Shown here piece by piece: positions 18,097 through 27,206 of a stretch of DNA of 52,311 nt. A program made the position numbers and the translations under genes. Location: the NCBI GenBank assembly GCA_045601465.1, contig JAZRZU010000071.1, forward strand, positions 1 through 52,311, written 5' to 3'. The notes beneath the pieces are model-generated. The model was not told the DNA's origin, did not search any database, and saw nothing but the letters and a program-made list of their open reading frames with translations. The stretch comes from Acutalibacteraceae bacterium. GTDB taxonomy: Bacteria > Bacillota > Clostridia > Oscillospirales > Acutalibacteraceae. Each line of letters opens with the position of its first letter. Position 1 is the stretch's first letter.

Positions 18097-19268
18097 AATA
18101 AATTCCGGCTTTCTAAAAAGGCTCGCATCCGCTTCATCGCCTCGGTAATATGACCAATGGAATAACAATAGGAAATGCGAACAAACCCTTCCCCGCACGC
18201 ACCAAAAGCAGAGCCGGGCACCACCGCCACGTGTTTTTCCATCAACAAGGCCGTGCAAAATTCCTCGGAGGTCATGCCGGTTTTTTGGATGGACGGGAAC
18301 ACGTAAAAAGCGCCCTCAGGGTCAAAACATTGTAACCCCATTTTGTTCAGCTCACCCACAATAAACCGCCGACGGGAATCGTAATCCGCCCGCATCTCCT
18401 CCACGTCCGCATCCCCGTTTTCCATCGCTTCAATAGCAGCATGTTGGGACACCGTAGGTGCGCACATTAAGGCATATTGATGGAGTTTGAGCATCTGTTT
18501 CATGACAGGGGCGGGTGCACACGCATAGCCCAACCGCCATCCGGTCATGGCAAACGCCTTGGAAAAGCCGGCAACGTACACCGTACGTTCTTTCATGCCC
18601 GGTATGGACGTGATGCTGACGTGCCGACCATCGCCGTAAGTCAGCTCGCCGTAAATCTCATCCGACAGCACCAAAATATCGGTTCCCCGCAGCACCTCTG
18701 CGATCTCCTCCAAATGCTCACGGCGCATGACGGCACCGGTCGGGTTGCTGGGGAACGGGAAGACTAACAACTTGGTTTTGGGAGTAATGGCAGCACGTAA
18801 TGCCTCAGCCGTCAATCGAAATCCATCCTCTGCACGGGTCACAATGGGTACCGGTACACCGCCGGCAATCGTGGTTAACGGTTCGTAACACACAAAACTC
18901 GGCTGGGGAATCAACACCTCGTCACCCGGTTCAATGACGGCACGCAAGCACAGGTCGATTCCTTCGCTGCCGCCTACCGTTACCAACACTTCAGTGGCGG
19001 GGTCATACACCGTACCGAAATGCCGCTCGACATAGCGACTGATCGCCGACCGCAACTGCGGCATACCTGCATTGGAGGTATACCACGTCTTTCCCTTTTC
19101 CAAAGATTCAATGCCTTTTTCCCGAATATGGAACGGCGTGGAAAAATCCGGCTCGCCGATGGACAGCGAGATCACGTCTTCCATATCGTTGGCAATATCA
19201 AAGAACCGCCGAATACCGGAGGGTTGTAACCCTACTACGGTGCGATTCATCAACTGTTCGTAGTTCAT
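18093..19268 (-). CDS. PLP-dependent aminotransferase (class I/II, aspartate/aromatic type)
   Basis: 391 aa with the PLP-lysine region GFSKAFAMTGWRLGY and a typical fold-type I layout. Confidence 0.85.
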   Translation of the reverse strand: MNYEQLMNRTVVGLQPSGIRRFFDIANDMEDVISLSIGEPDFSTPFHIREKGIESLEKGKTWYTSNAGMPQLRSAISRYVERHFGTVYDPATEVLVTVGGSEGIDLCLRAVIEPGDEVLIPQPSFVCYEPLTTIAGGVPVPIVTRAEDGFRLTAEALRAAITPKTKLLVFPFPSNPTGAVMRREHLEEIAEVLRGTDILVLSDEIYGELTYGDGRHVSITSIPGMKERTVYVAGFSKAFAMTGWRLGYACAPAPVMKQMLKLHQYALMCAPTVSQHAAIEAMENGDADVEEMRADYDSRRRFIVGELNKMGLQCFDPEGAFYVFPSIQKTGMTSEEFCTALLMEKHVAVVPGSAFGACGEGFVRISYCYSIGHITEAMKRMRAFLESRNLL

Positions 19269-19272
19269 GAAA

Positions 19273-19746
19273 TTACATATATCCTCTCTCGTCTTGGTTT
19301 TCCCCTAAAAACATCACGTTGCTCTCTTTGTATCGACGCAACACAAAATGCGTAGAGGTGGACAGCACCGAATCCAGCGGCGCCAGCCGTTTTGCCACAA
19401 AGGCTGCGATCTCCTGAAAACTGTGACCCGTAACACGTACCGACAGATCATAACCGCCGGACATGAGATAGACACTCTCCACCTCTTCAAATGCCATGAT
19501 CTGCTCAGCGATGCCCTCAAAGCCAACGTCACGGCGGGGTGTGACTTTCAATTCAATAATGGCAGTCACACATGTCCGATCGGTCTTATCCCAATCCACA
19601 ATGGCTTTGTATGCACGGATTGCGCCCTCTTTTTCCAGCTTTGCGATCTGGGTGCGCACCTCCGTCTCCGATATATCCAGTATCGTTGCCAACTGTTCAT
19701 CCGTTAAACGAGCGTTGGAATCCAACAATTTCAGCAATTTATCCAT
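19273..19746 (-). CDS. Lrp/AsnC family transcriptional regulator
   Basis: ATG at 19746 follows CAGGAGGAA. N-terminal HTH (LDSNARLTDEQLATILDISETEV) plus a RAM/AsnC C-terminal domain. It forms an operon with the aminotransferase. Confidence 0.85.
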   Translation of the reverse strand: MDKLLKLLDSNARLTDEQLATILDISETEVRTQIAKLEKEGAIRAYKAIVDWDKTDRTCVTAIIELKVTPRRDVGFEGIAEQIMAFEEVESVYLMSGGYDLSVRVTGHSFQEIAAFVAKRLAPLDSVLSTSTHFVLRRYKESNVMFLGENQDERGYM

Positions 19747-19892
19747 GAACATTTCCTCCTGCCATACACTGTTTTTTTCATTGTACCACAAATTTCCGTA
19801 TATGCAAATAAAATGTTTGATTTTACACCGAAATAGGTGTATGATAAGAACAACGATTCCAGATTGAATCTACTACAAAGGAGAACTGTTGT

Positions 19893-20162
19893 ATGCGTGC
19901 TATTATTACCGTCATTGGAAAAGATATGGTCGGAATCCTCGCCAAGGTATCCACCATCTGCGCCGACCATCAAGTCAACGTATTGGAGGTAACCCAATCC
20001 ATCTTGCAGGATATGTTTGCGATGATCATGATGGTAGACATTGAAAAATGCGATACAGCGTTCCCGTTACTGGCAGACGAGCTGTCTGAGCTCGGTAAAA
20101 CGATGGGACTGTCCATTCATACGATGCACGAAGACATTTTCAACTCCATGCATCAGATTTAA
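19893..20162 (+). CDS. ACT domain protein (UPF0237 family)
   Basis: 89 aa reading MRAIITVIGKDMVGILAKVS.... It forms the conserved pair with the following UPF0210 gene. Confidence 0.85.
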   Translation: MRAIITVIGKDMVGILAKVSTICADHQVNVLEVTQSILQDMFAMIMMVDIEKCDTAFPLLADELSELGKTMGLSIHTMHEDIFNSMHQI

Positions 20163-20174
20163 GGAGAACCGTTT

Positions 20175-21533
20175 ATGCTAAACGCACGTGATATATTAGA
20201 AACCATCACCATGATCCAGGAAGAGAACCTGGACATTCGTACCATCACCATGGGCATTTCGTTGCTCGATTGCTGCGATAGCGATATTGACGTTGTCTGC
20301 CAACGTGTATACGACAAGATCACCACCCGTGCCAAACATTTGGTGGAGGTCGGCGAGCAAATTGAAAAAGAATACGGCATTCCGATCATCAATAAACGGA
20401 TTTCGGTCACACCCATTGCCATGATACTCGCCCCCTGTGCCAAAAAAGAACCGCTGAAACTCGCCTTGGCATTGGAAAAAGCCGCCCTTGCTTGCGGTGT
20501 CAACTTCATCGGCGGGTATTCGGCTCTGGTGCAAAAAGGCTTTGCTGCGGGAGATCGCGAACTCATTGAAAGCATCCCCGAAGCATTGGCTGCCACCGAC
20601 CACGTCTGTTCCTCGGTCAACATCGGTTCCACCAAATCCGGCATCAATATGGATGCCGTGGGTGAAATGGGACGTGTCGTGCGTCGTGCGGCAGAACTGA
20701 CCGCCGACCGCAACTGTATCGGTCCTGCCAAGCTGGTCGTTTTTTGTAATGCGCCGGAGGACAACCCCTTCATGGCAGGCGCTTTCCACGGCGTCGGCGA
20801 ACCGGATTGCGTCATCAACGTCGGTGTATCCGGTCCCGGTGTGGTGCGTGCGGCGCTCGCCAAAGCCGGCGACTGCGATCTGACCGCCGTTGCCGATCTC
20901 ATCAAACGCACCGCTTTTAAGATCACCCGTATGGGACAACTGGTTGCAAAAGAAGCCTCCCGCCGTTTAGGCGTACCGTTTGGTATTGTTGACTTATCGC
21001 TGGCGCCGACACCCGCCGTCGGTGACTCGGTCGCCTACATTTTAGAGGAAATGGGCTTGGAGTGTTGCGGTGCTCACGGTACCACCGCTGCGCTGGCATT
21101 GCTCAACGATGCGGTAAAAAAAGGCGGTGTTATGGCATCCTCCCACGTCGGGGGCTTATCCGGTGCCTTTATTCCGGTTACCGAAGATGCGGGCATGATC
21201 CATGCCGCCCGTACCGGTTGTCTGCGCATTGAAAAATTAGAAGCCATGACAGCCGTCTGCTCGGTCGGACTGGATATGATCAACATTCCGGGCGATACCC
21301 CCGCCGAAGTCATCTCGGCGATTATCGCAGACGAAGCCGCCATCGGTATGATCAACAATAAAGCCACCGCCGTGCGTGTGATTCCCGCCATTGGAAAATC
21401 GGTTGGTGACGAACTATCCTTCGGCGGTTTGTTGGGTTCCGGTCCGGTTATGCCGGTCAATGCTGCCTCACCCGCCCGTTTTATTCACCGTGGCGGCCGC
21501 ATTCCCGCCCCCCTGCAAGCCCTTCGCAATTAA
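20175..21533 (+). CDS. UPF0210 / DUF711 family protein (PFL-like)
   Basis: 452 aa with the N-terminus [27 protein letters not shown], typical of UPF0210. Confidence 0.85.
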   Translation: MLNARDILETITMIQEENLDIRTITMGISLLDCCDSDIDVVCQRVYDKITTRAKHLVEVGEQIEKEYGIPIINKRISVTPIAMILAPCAKKEPLKLALALEKAALACGVNFIGGYSALVQKGFAAGDRELIESIPEALAATDHVCSSVNIGSTKSGINMDAVGEMGRVVRRAAELTADRNCIGPAKLVVFCNAPEDNPFMAGAFHGVGEPDCVINVGVSGPGVVRAALAKAGDCDLTAVADLIKRTAFKITRMGQLVAKEASRRLGVPFGIVDLSLAPTPAVGDSVAYILEEMGLECCGAHGTTAALALLNDAVKKGGVMASSHVGGLSGAFIPVTEDAGMIHAARTGCLRIEKLEAMTAVCSVGLDMINIPGDTPAEVISAIIADEAAIGMINNKATAVRVIPAIGKSVGDELSFGGLLGSGPVMPVNAASPARFIHRGGRIPAPLQALRN

Positions 21534-21636
21534 TAGACCAGACCGCCCAGCACCCGCTGTGGGGTTTTTATTTGCTTTTTGGGTAGTTTTACGCTATACT
21601 TGAAAAAACGGATGTCTCGGGAAAGGTTGGATCTGG

Positions 21637-23166
21637 ATGTTTTCACAAATACATAGTTTAGGAGTGCTCGGTATCGACGGTTACACCGTCGAAGTAGAAG
21701 CGGACATCTCGCAAGGATTACCCGGTTTTGATGTTGTCGGCTTACCCGGTGCGGCTGTCAAGGAATCCCGTGACCGTGTACGAGCCGCTATGAAAAACTG
21801 CGGATTTTCCTTCCCTGTCAGCCATATCACGGTCAACCTCGCCCCCGCTGACGTTAAAAAAGAGGGCGCCGTATACGATCTGCCGTTGTTGTTGGCATTG
21901 TTGCGTGCCACCGAACAGCTCTCCTTCGACCCATCGGGTATCGCCTTCATCGGCGAACTGTCGTTGGCGGGTGATATCCGTCCCGTACATGGTGTATTGC
22001 CCATGGTGCTGGCCGCCCGCAAAGCAGGTATCCACACCGTTATCATTCCCAAACAAAATGCCGCCGAGGGTGCGGTGGTTGACGGCATCACCGTGTATGC
22101 CGTGGATCATATAAAACCTCTCCTCGCCCATTTAAGTGATGAGCAACCGCTGACCCCGCTTTCCAAAACGGAGTTTACACCTCATGCGGATACCGGTGTT
22201 GCGGATTTTTCCGAAGTCATGGGTCAAGAGGTTCCCCGTCGAGCGATGGAGATCGCCGCAGCGGGCAATCATAATATTTTGTTGGTCGGCCCTCCCGGAT
22301 CAGGCAAAAGCATGCTGGCAAAGCGCCTACCCTCCATCCTACCGGACATGACCCGTGAAGAAGCGCTGGAATCCACCTCGGTTCACTCCATTGTCGGCAC
22401 GTTGCCGGACAACGTTGGATTGCTGTCATGCCGTCCGTTTCGCTCGCCTCATCACACGGTATCGCCTGTTGGCCTGTCGGGCGGCGGCACGATACCTCGC
22501 CCGGGTGAGGTATCGTTGGCACATAACGGCGTTCTGTTTTTAGACGAACTCCCCGAATTTTCTCGTCGGGCAACCGAAGGCTTACGGCAACCACTCGAAG
22601 ACCATCGGGTCACCATTTCCCGTGCCAGCGGTTCCTTGACCTATCCCTGTTCGTTTATGTTGGTAGCGGCAATGAATCCTTGCGCTTGCGGTTACTACGG
22701 TCACCCAACTCGTGCGTGCACCTGTCCGCCAAAGGACGTCACACGCTACCTGTCCCGTATTTCGGGTCCGTTGCTTGACCGCTTTGACCTGCACGTTGAA
22801 GTACCGCCGGTGGGATATCAGGACCTCACCGCCACCAAGCCGGCGGAATCCTCCGCCGTCATCCGTGAACGTGTCAACGCCGCCCGCCGTATTCAATTAG
22901 AACGCTATGCCGACACACCCATCCACACCAATGCTGAGCTTACCCCCGCCTTGATCCGTCAGCATTGCGCACTGTCGGAGGCTGCGCAACTGGTCATGCA
23001 AAACGCTTTTGATCGGCTGGGATTATCGGCACGTGCTTACGACCGTCTATTAAAAGTCGCACGCACCATTGCGGACTTAGACGGTAGCGAAATATTAAAG
23101 ATCGAGCACCTGTCCGAAGCCATCCAATACCGCAGTTTAGACCGAAAATATTGGCAATCACGATAA
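21637..23166 (+). CDS. comM: YifB/ComM family Mg-chelatase-like AAA+ ATPase
   Basis: Lon-protease-like N-terminus, Walker A GPPGSGKS, Walker B VLFLDELPEF and a C-terminal Mg-chelatase domain. Confidence 0.9.
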   Translation: MFSQIHSLGVLGIDGYTVEVEADISQGLPGFDVVGLPGAAVKESRDRVRAAMKNCGFSFPVSHITVNLAPADVKKEGAVYDLPLLLALLRATEQLSFDPSGIAFIGELSLAGDIRPVHGVLPMVLAARKAGIHTVIIPKQNAAEGAVVDGITVYAVDHIKPLLAHLSDEQPLTPLSKTEFTPHADTGVADFSEVMGQEVPRRAMEIAAAGNHNILLVGPPGSGKSMLAKRLPSILPDMTREEALESTSVHSIVGTLPDNVGLLSCRPFRSPHHTVSPVGLSGGGTIPRPGEVSLAHNGVLFLDELPEFSRRATEGLRQPLEDHRVTISRASGSLTYPCSFMLVAAMNPCACGYYGHPTRACTCPPKDVTRYLSRISGPLLDRFDLHVEVPPVGYQDLTATKPAESSAVIRERVNAARRIQLERYADTPIHTNAELTPALIRQHCALSEAAQLVMQNAFDRLGLSARAYDRLLKVARTIADLDGSEILKIEHLSEAIQYRSLDRKYWQSR

Positions 23167-23200
23167 AAAAGCCCGTTTGGAAACTTCCAAACGGGCTTTC
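23165..23200. terminator. Bidirectional terminator between comM and uppP
   Basis: AAAAAAGCCCGTTTGGAA / TTCCAAACGGGCTTT. Confidence 0.75.
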
Positions 23201-23208
23201 CCTTTGCC

Positions 23209-24072
23209 TTATCTGCCGGCTAACGTAACACCGGCGGCGGTCAAAGCGATCAGCACAATTCCCAGCACAATGCGGTACCAGCCAAACACCTTGAAATCAT
23301 GTTTTTTAATAAAATCCATTAAGAACCGAATGACAACCACCGAAACCAAGAAAGAGACCACAAACCCAACTGCTAAGCAAACCCAATCGATTGCCTCAAA
23401 CAAGGACAGCGTCCCTTCCATGGCGGCTTTCAACAATTTTAAGCCACTGGCACCCAACATCACGGGGATTGCCATGAAAAAGGAAAATTCAGCAGCAACC
23501 GTACGGGAAGCGCCAAGTGCAGTGGCGCCTAAAATCGTAGAACCGGATCGGGAGGTTCCGGGAATCAGCGCCAACATTTGGAAAGCACCGATCGCAAGTG
23601 CCGTTTTCGGACGGAGGTCAGACAAACTCTTGACCTTTTCGGTACGTACCATACTTTCCATAATCAAAAACGCAATGCCGTACACGATAAGCGCTGCTGC
23701 AATAATGTACAAAAACGTACCTTTATGTTCCGCCTCCATAGCATCCAGCCAATCGTCAATCAACAAACCGGCAACGGCGGCGGGGATGCTGGCAATCAAC
23801 ACCTTTCCCCATAACGACCAGGTAGATTTTCTTTGGTCGGCATCTTTGCCGGGTGAAAACGGATTGAGCTTCTCAAAATAGAGCACCACTACCGCTAAAA
23901 TAGAACCCAGCTGGATCAATACCGAAAACAGATCAAAAAACTCCTGTGAACGAGTAAAGGGAACAAACGCATCTACAATAATTAAATGTCCGGTACTACT
24001 AATGGGCAACCATTCGGTAACACCCTGCACAATACCTTGGAAAACGGCTTTGAGAATTTCAAAAAATTCCAC
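23209..24072 (-). CDS. uppP: Undecaprenyl-diphosphate phosphatase (BacA/UppP)
   Basis: 287 aa BacA family membrane protein (GVTEWLPISSTGHL, GTSRSGSTI). Confidence 0.92.
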   Translation of the reverse strand: MEFFEILKAVFQGIVQGVTEWLPISSTGHLIIVDAFVPFTRSQEFFDLFSVLIQLGSILAVVVLYFEKLNPFSPGKDADQRKSTWSLWGKVLIASIPAAVAGLLIDDWLDAMEAEHKGTFLYIIAAALIVYGIAFLIMESMVRTEKVKSLSDLRPKTALAIGAFQMLALIPGTSRSGSTILGATALGASRTVAAEFSFFMAIPVMLGASGLKLLKAAMEGTLSLFEAIDWVCLAVGFVVSFLVSVVVIRFLMDFIKKHDFKVFGWYRIVLGIVLIALTAAGVTLAGR

Positions 24073-24085
24073 GCCAACTCACTCC

Positions 24086-24307
24086 TTAAATGTCCATTTC
24101 ACCCAACAGATCACGCAGAAGCAATACTTCGTCCGGTGTCAACGTAACACCTTTGCCCATCTTCGCATGATCGGGCGCCCAATCTCGAATATCGTATTTG
24201 GGGTCACGGTCATTCCAGCTAATCAAATTGATTTCCTTGCGCCATCCCGTAGGTGACTCGGACAGTACCCCACACTCTTTTACAATATCATACTTCAACT
24301 CTGCCAT
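24086..24307 (-). CDS. YdbC-like PC4-type single-stranded nucleic-acid-binding protein
   Basis: ATG at 24307 follows AAAGGAG. Contains GWRKEINLISWNDRDPKYDIRDWAPDHAKMGKGVTL, as recalled for the YdbC/PC4-like family. Confidence 0.6.
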   Translation of the reverse strand: MAELKYDIVKECGVLSESPTGWRKEINLISWNDRDPKYDIRDWAPDHAKMGKGVTLTPDEVLLLRDLLGEMDI

Positions 24308-24391
24308 GTTCATTACTCCTTTATATACTGAAATATCGAATCTCCGTACGTTTTTCACACAAGCGGAAATTCGTAAATCCCGTTTTAGGTA

Positions 24392-24898
24392 TCATTCGGA
24401 CGGTTGGCTGACGATTGTTTCGTCCTCCGATAACAAGGCCGTCATCTTCTCACCAAACGACTCACTCAGTGAACGCAGCTCAAAAAGCAACGCATCCTTT
24501 TGGGCAAGCTGCGCCTCCAATGTCGCTTTTTGCTCTTGCAACTGTGCAATCGTTCCATCTCGCTGCTCGATTTGCTGCGTAAAATCGGTATTCTGCTGTT
24601 CAACAGACGAAAGCTCCTGACGCATCTGCTCCATTTGCAAGGAAACTTCACTCACCTGCGACTCCAACAAATCGCCCCGTTGCTTCTGATCAGCAAGCTC
24701 TGCTGTCAACCGTTCGTTTTCAGCAACCGCCTCTGCCGCAACTTGCGCCTCAGCAAGCTGCGTGCGCAGTTCCGCAAGCTGCTTTTCAAGCACATTCTCT
24801 TGTGCGGAATGTTCTTCCAGCATCGCATCGATGTATTGCAAGACGTCCTCTTTGCGGAATCCGCGCATCACCGTCTTAAACATGCCCTGTTCAGCCAT
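24392..24898 (-). CDS. DivIVA-domain coiled-coil protein
   Basis: The N-terminal FKTVMRGFRKEDVLQYID resembles the DivIVA N-domain. The rest is a Q/E/L-rich coiled coil. ATG at 24898 follows AAAGGAAG. Confidence 0.6.
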   Translation of the reverse strand: MAEQGMFKTVMRGFRKEDVLQYIDAMLEEHSAQENVLEKQLAELRTQLAEAQVAAEAVAENERLTAELADQKQRGDLLESQVSEVSLQMEQMRQELSSVEQQNTDFTQQIEQRDGTIAQLQEQKATLEAQLAQKDALLFELRSLSESFGEKMTALLSEDETIVSQPSE

Positions 24899-24970
24899 TG
24901 GCCCACTTCCTTTCAGCACATCGTTTTATCATTGTACCATACCCTTTTTTAAAACGCAAGCACCAATATC

Positions 24971-25002
24971 AAAAGCACCGCCAGCAATCTGACGGTGCTT
25001 TT
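24971..25002. terminator. Hairpin terminator downstream of the Q/N micro-ORF
   Basis: AAAAGCACCG / CGGTGCTTTT with a 12 nt loop. Confidence 0.6.
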
Positions 25003-25015
25003 GATAAAAAATTAC

Positions 25016-25141
25016 TTAGAACTGATTCTGTTTGTTCTGCTGGTTCTGTTTGTTCTGCTGATTTTGCTGATTCTGTTTATTCTGCTGGTTCTGCTGATTC
25101 TGTTTATTCTGCTGATTCTGCTTTTGCTGTTCGTTCTGCAT
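25016..25141 (-). CDS. 41 aa Gln/Asn-repeat peptide (MQNEQQKQN-(QQNKQNQQN)x3-KQNQF), possibly a small spore protein
   Basis: ATG at 25141 follows GGGAGGATATCTTCA, and the stop is TAA at 25016-25018. The three 27 nt repeats differ only at synonymous positions. It is below the ORF-track size cutoff. Confidence 0.55.
   Translation of the reverse strand: MQNEQQKQNQQNKQNQQNQQNKQNQQNQQNKQNQQNKQNQF
25034..25114 (-). repeat. 3 x 27 nt tandem repeat inside the micro-ORF
   Basis: The units are CAGCAGAATAAACAGAATCAGCAGAAC, ...CAAAAT and CAGCAGAACAAACAGAACCAGCAGAAC. Confidence 0.85.
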
Positions 25142-25187
25142 TGAAGATATCCTCCCTATTTGTGATTTGATACCGTCGTACCACAAA

Positions 25188-25217
25188 TAGTATGGACAAA
25201 ACAGCTGTCACTTATTC
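25188..25217 (-). promoter_or_regulatory. Forespore sigma-G-type promoter for the micro-ORF
   Basis: On the minus strand: GAATA (25213-25217), an 18 nt spacer, then CATACTA (25188-25194). This matches GHATR-N18-CATXHTA. Confidence 0.45.
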
Positions 25218-25931
25218 AGCGTTCGCCTGTATAAACGCTTTTAACAATGCCACGTGCGCCTGTTGCTCGTCCCGTTCTTTCTCAGACATGTTTTCCCATG
25301 GAGCACGCACACCGAAATACAATTCCTCAGGAGCCGCTTTTAGGCTTCCCACCGCTTGCATTTCTTTTTCTTTCAGCAACGGGCTGCCCTTCCAATTCCA
25401 ATAACGGCCATCCTCGCTTATGCCGTTCGCTGTTACCCCAATTTTATCAAAGAAGTAAACGTCGTCGTGCATGATCGGCACTAACACGTCTTGGTAGTAT
25501 GCGGGAGCCAACGCAAACATGTAAACGTTGCGTGCAGCAACGTGTGCAACCGCTAGCCGTTGATCGGTTTCTGCTCTGCGCCCGGCGGTCTCAACCGACA
25601 CGTTTAAAAACTGTATATTTACCACAACCTGCCCGTCGCCATTGCGGTCTTCTCCAAGATTTTCCAGTTGCGTTTTCAATCGTTGTTGGGCCGGCGTCGA
25701 TAAATCCTGTTCCAAGACAAACGTTACCGTGTAATCGGGTTTTACTTTGTTGATGACCTGTCCCAACAACAAGATACCGGCAACCACCGCAAAAACTACA
25801 CCGATGGTGACCCACTTGTAATGGTACCAAAAATTTTCCCATTTTCCTTTGGGCGTATTTGGTGGCGGCAGCGATTCCGATTTCACCAGCTCCTCAGGGC
25901 TAACACCCACTAAGTATCGTTCTCTTGCCAT
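25212..25931 (-). CDS. Hypothetical membrane-anchored protein (one N-terminal TM helix plus an extracytoplasmic domain)
   Basis: ATG at 25931 follows AGGGAGGGAATAGC. A TM helix (WVTIGVVFAVVAGILLLG) is present. TTTACA-17-TATACT lies upstream. No family recognised. Confidence 0.6.
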   Translation of the reverse strand: MARERYLVGVSPEELVKSESLPPPNTPKGKWENFWYHYKWVTIGVVFAVVAGILLLGQVINKVKPDYTVTFVLEQDLSTPAQQRLKTQLENLGEDRNGDGQVVVNIQFLNVSVETAGRRAETDQRLAVAHVAARNVYMFALAPAYYQDVLVPIMHDDVYFFDKIGVTANGISEDGRYWNWKGSPLLKEKEMQAVGSLKAAPEELYFGVRAPWENMSEKERDEQQAHVALLKAFIQANAE

Positions 25932-25985
25932 GCTATTCCCTCCCTGATTGTTACGGATAGTATACCATAACACACAGCTTTTGTA

Positions 25986-26019
25986 AAGAAGCCGCATCGC
26001 CAAAAGGCGATGCGGCTTT
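25986..26019 (-). terminator. Terminator after nagA
   Basis: AAGCCGCATCGCC / GGCGATGCGGCTT hairpin followed by a T-rich tail on the minus strand. Confidence 0.6.
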
Positions 26020-26027
26020 GTCCACGC

Positions 26028-27173
26028 TTATCGGTTATCCACCTTAATCTCACCACGCACCATGACCAACACGATACGAAAATTCTCATCGACGACCAAT
26101 AAATCGGCAAGCTTGCCTTTTGCAATCGAGCCGGTTTCATCATCCACACGAATAGCACGTGCAGGGTTGATGGTAGCGGATTTGATGGCCTGTTTTACCG
26201 GCACACCGAACCGCAGGACATTACAAAGCTCCTCGTATACGTTCGAGGTAGAGGCAGCAATGGTGCCGTCAGCAAGCAACGCTTTTCCGTCTTTCACATA
26301 TACCGTTTGTCCACCCAAATCGTATTCGCCATCCACGTGGCCGGCAGCACACATGGAATCACTCACAATGATGGAATTATCCTCGCCGAGTTGCGAAAAG
26401 GCAATTCGTAATGCCGCCGGATGAATATGAAACCCGTCGCAAATCATCTCGGCACGTACGCCGTACTCACGGGTTTTGTCGAACACGGCACCCACGACAC
26501 CGGGGCTGCGGTGTGTAAGCCCGCTTTGCGCATTGTACAGATGCGTGACGTGCTGTACGCCCCACTCGATTGCCGTACAAGCTTCATCGTAATCCGCTGC
26601 GGTGTGAGCGATCGACACCGTACAGATCGGCTGAATTTCCTTCACAAATCGTTCGGCGCCATCGCATTCAGGAGCAATATCCACCAACTTGATGATACCG
26701 CCGCAACCCTCATACAACCGTTTAAACTCGTCTGCATCGGGGTTGCGAACATACGCTCCGTTCTGTGCGCCTTTTTTGGACATAGCGATATACGGACCTT
26801 CCATATTGATCCCTTGAATATAAGCACCGGTCACGGTACGACGGCATTGCGCCACATTCGAAAAAATCCGTTGCAATTCTTCGAAGGATAAGGTCATGGA
26901 GGTCGGGCAGAAAGACGTAACGCCACGTTTGACCAAACAATCAGACATCGCTTGTAACGCTTCCTCTGTTGCCTCACCGGTATCATGTCCTGCACAGCCG
27001 TGAATATGTATGTCAATCAAGCCGGGCAACACGGTATATCCTTCCAGATCCAACACAGTATCGCCGTCGGTACGCATATCAATTGCCGCAATACGTTCGC
27101 CTTCAACCGTGATATTCTGCTTAACCGGTTCAAATTCATCGTTATAAATTGTTGCATTTTTTAAAACTATCAT
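26028..27173 (-). CDS. nagA: N-acetylglucosamine-6-phosphate deacetylase
   Basis: ATG at 27173 follows AAGAGGAGGAA. Amidohydrolase motifs are present (GLIDIHIHGCAG and downstream His/Asp residues). Confidence 0.9.
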   Translation of the reverse strand: MIVLKNATIYNDEFEPVKQNITVEGERIAAIDMRTDGDTVLDLEGYTVLPGLIDIHIHGCAGHDTGEATEEALQAMSDCLVKRGVTSFCPTSMTLSFEELQRIFSNVAQCRRTVTGAYIQGINMEGPYIAMSKKGAQNGAYVRNPDADEFKRLYEGCGGIIKLVDIAPECDGAERFVKEIQPICTVSIAHTAADYDEACTAIEWGVQHVTHLYNAQSGLTHRSPGVVGAVFDKTREYGVRAEMICDGFHIHPAALRIAFSQLGEDNSIIVSDSMCAAGHVDGEYDLGGQTVYVKDGKALLADGTIAASTSNVYEELCNVLRFGVPVKQAIKSATINPARAIRVDDETGSIAKGKLADLLVVDENFRIVLVMVRGEIKVDNR

Positions 27174-27206
27174 AGGTATTCCTCCTCTTATCCAAACTGC
27201 CAAATT

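Noticed and set aside
20159-20939. Long antisense ORFs (247-255 aa here). Similar ones occur at 23177-23881, 42088-42687, 47669-48607, 13714-14163 and 14974-15519.
   Set aside because: These are shadow ORFs opposite well-identified genes (UPF0210, uppP, GldG-like, pnp, nrdD) in GC-rich DNA. They have low-complexity or R/G/H-rich translations and no RBS.
25020-25140. Short tandem repeats that might be taken for a CRISPR array.
   Set aside because: The units are contiguous 27 nt repeats without spacers, they are not palindromic, they lie inside a small coding frame, and no cas genes are present.
24898-25170. A 90 aa plus-strand ORF with the repetitive SVCSAGS/SVYSADS sequence.
   Set aside because: It is an alternative-strand reading of the 27 nt repeat. 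It has no RBS. The nucleotide differences between the repeats are synonymous only in the minus-strand Q/N frame.
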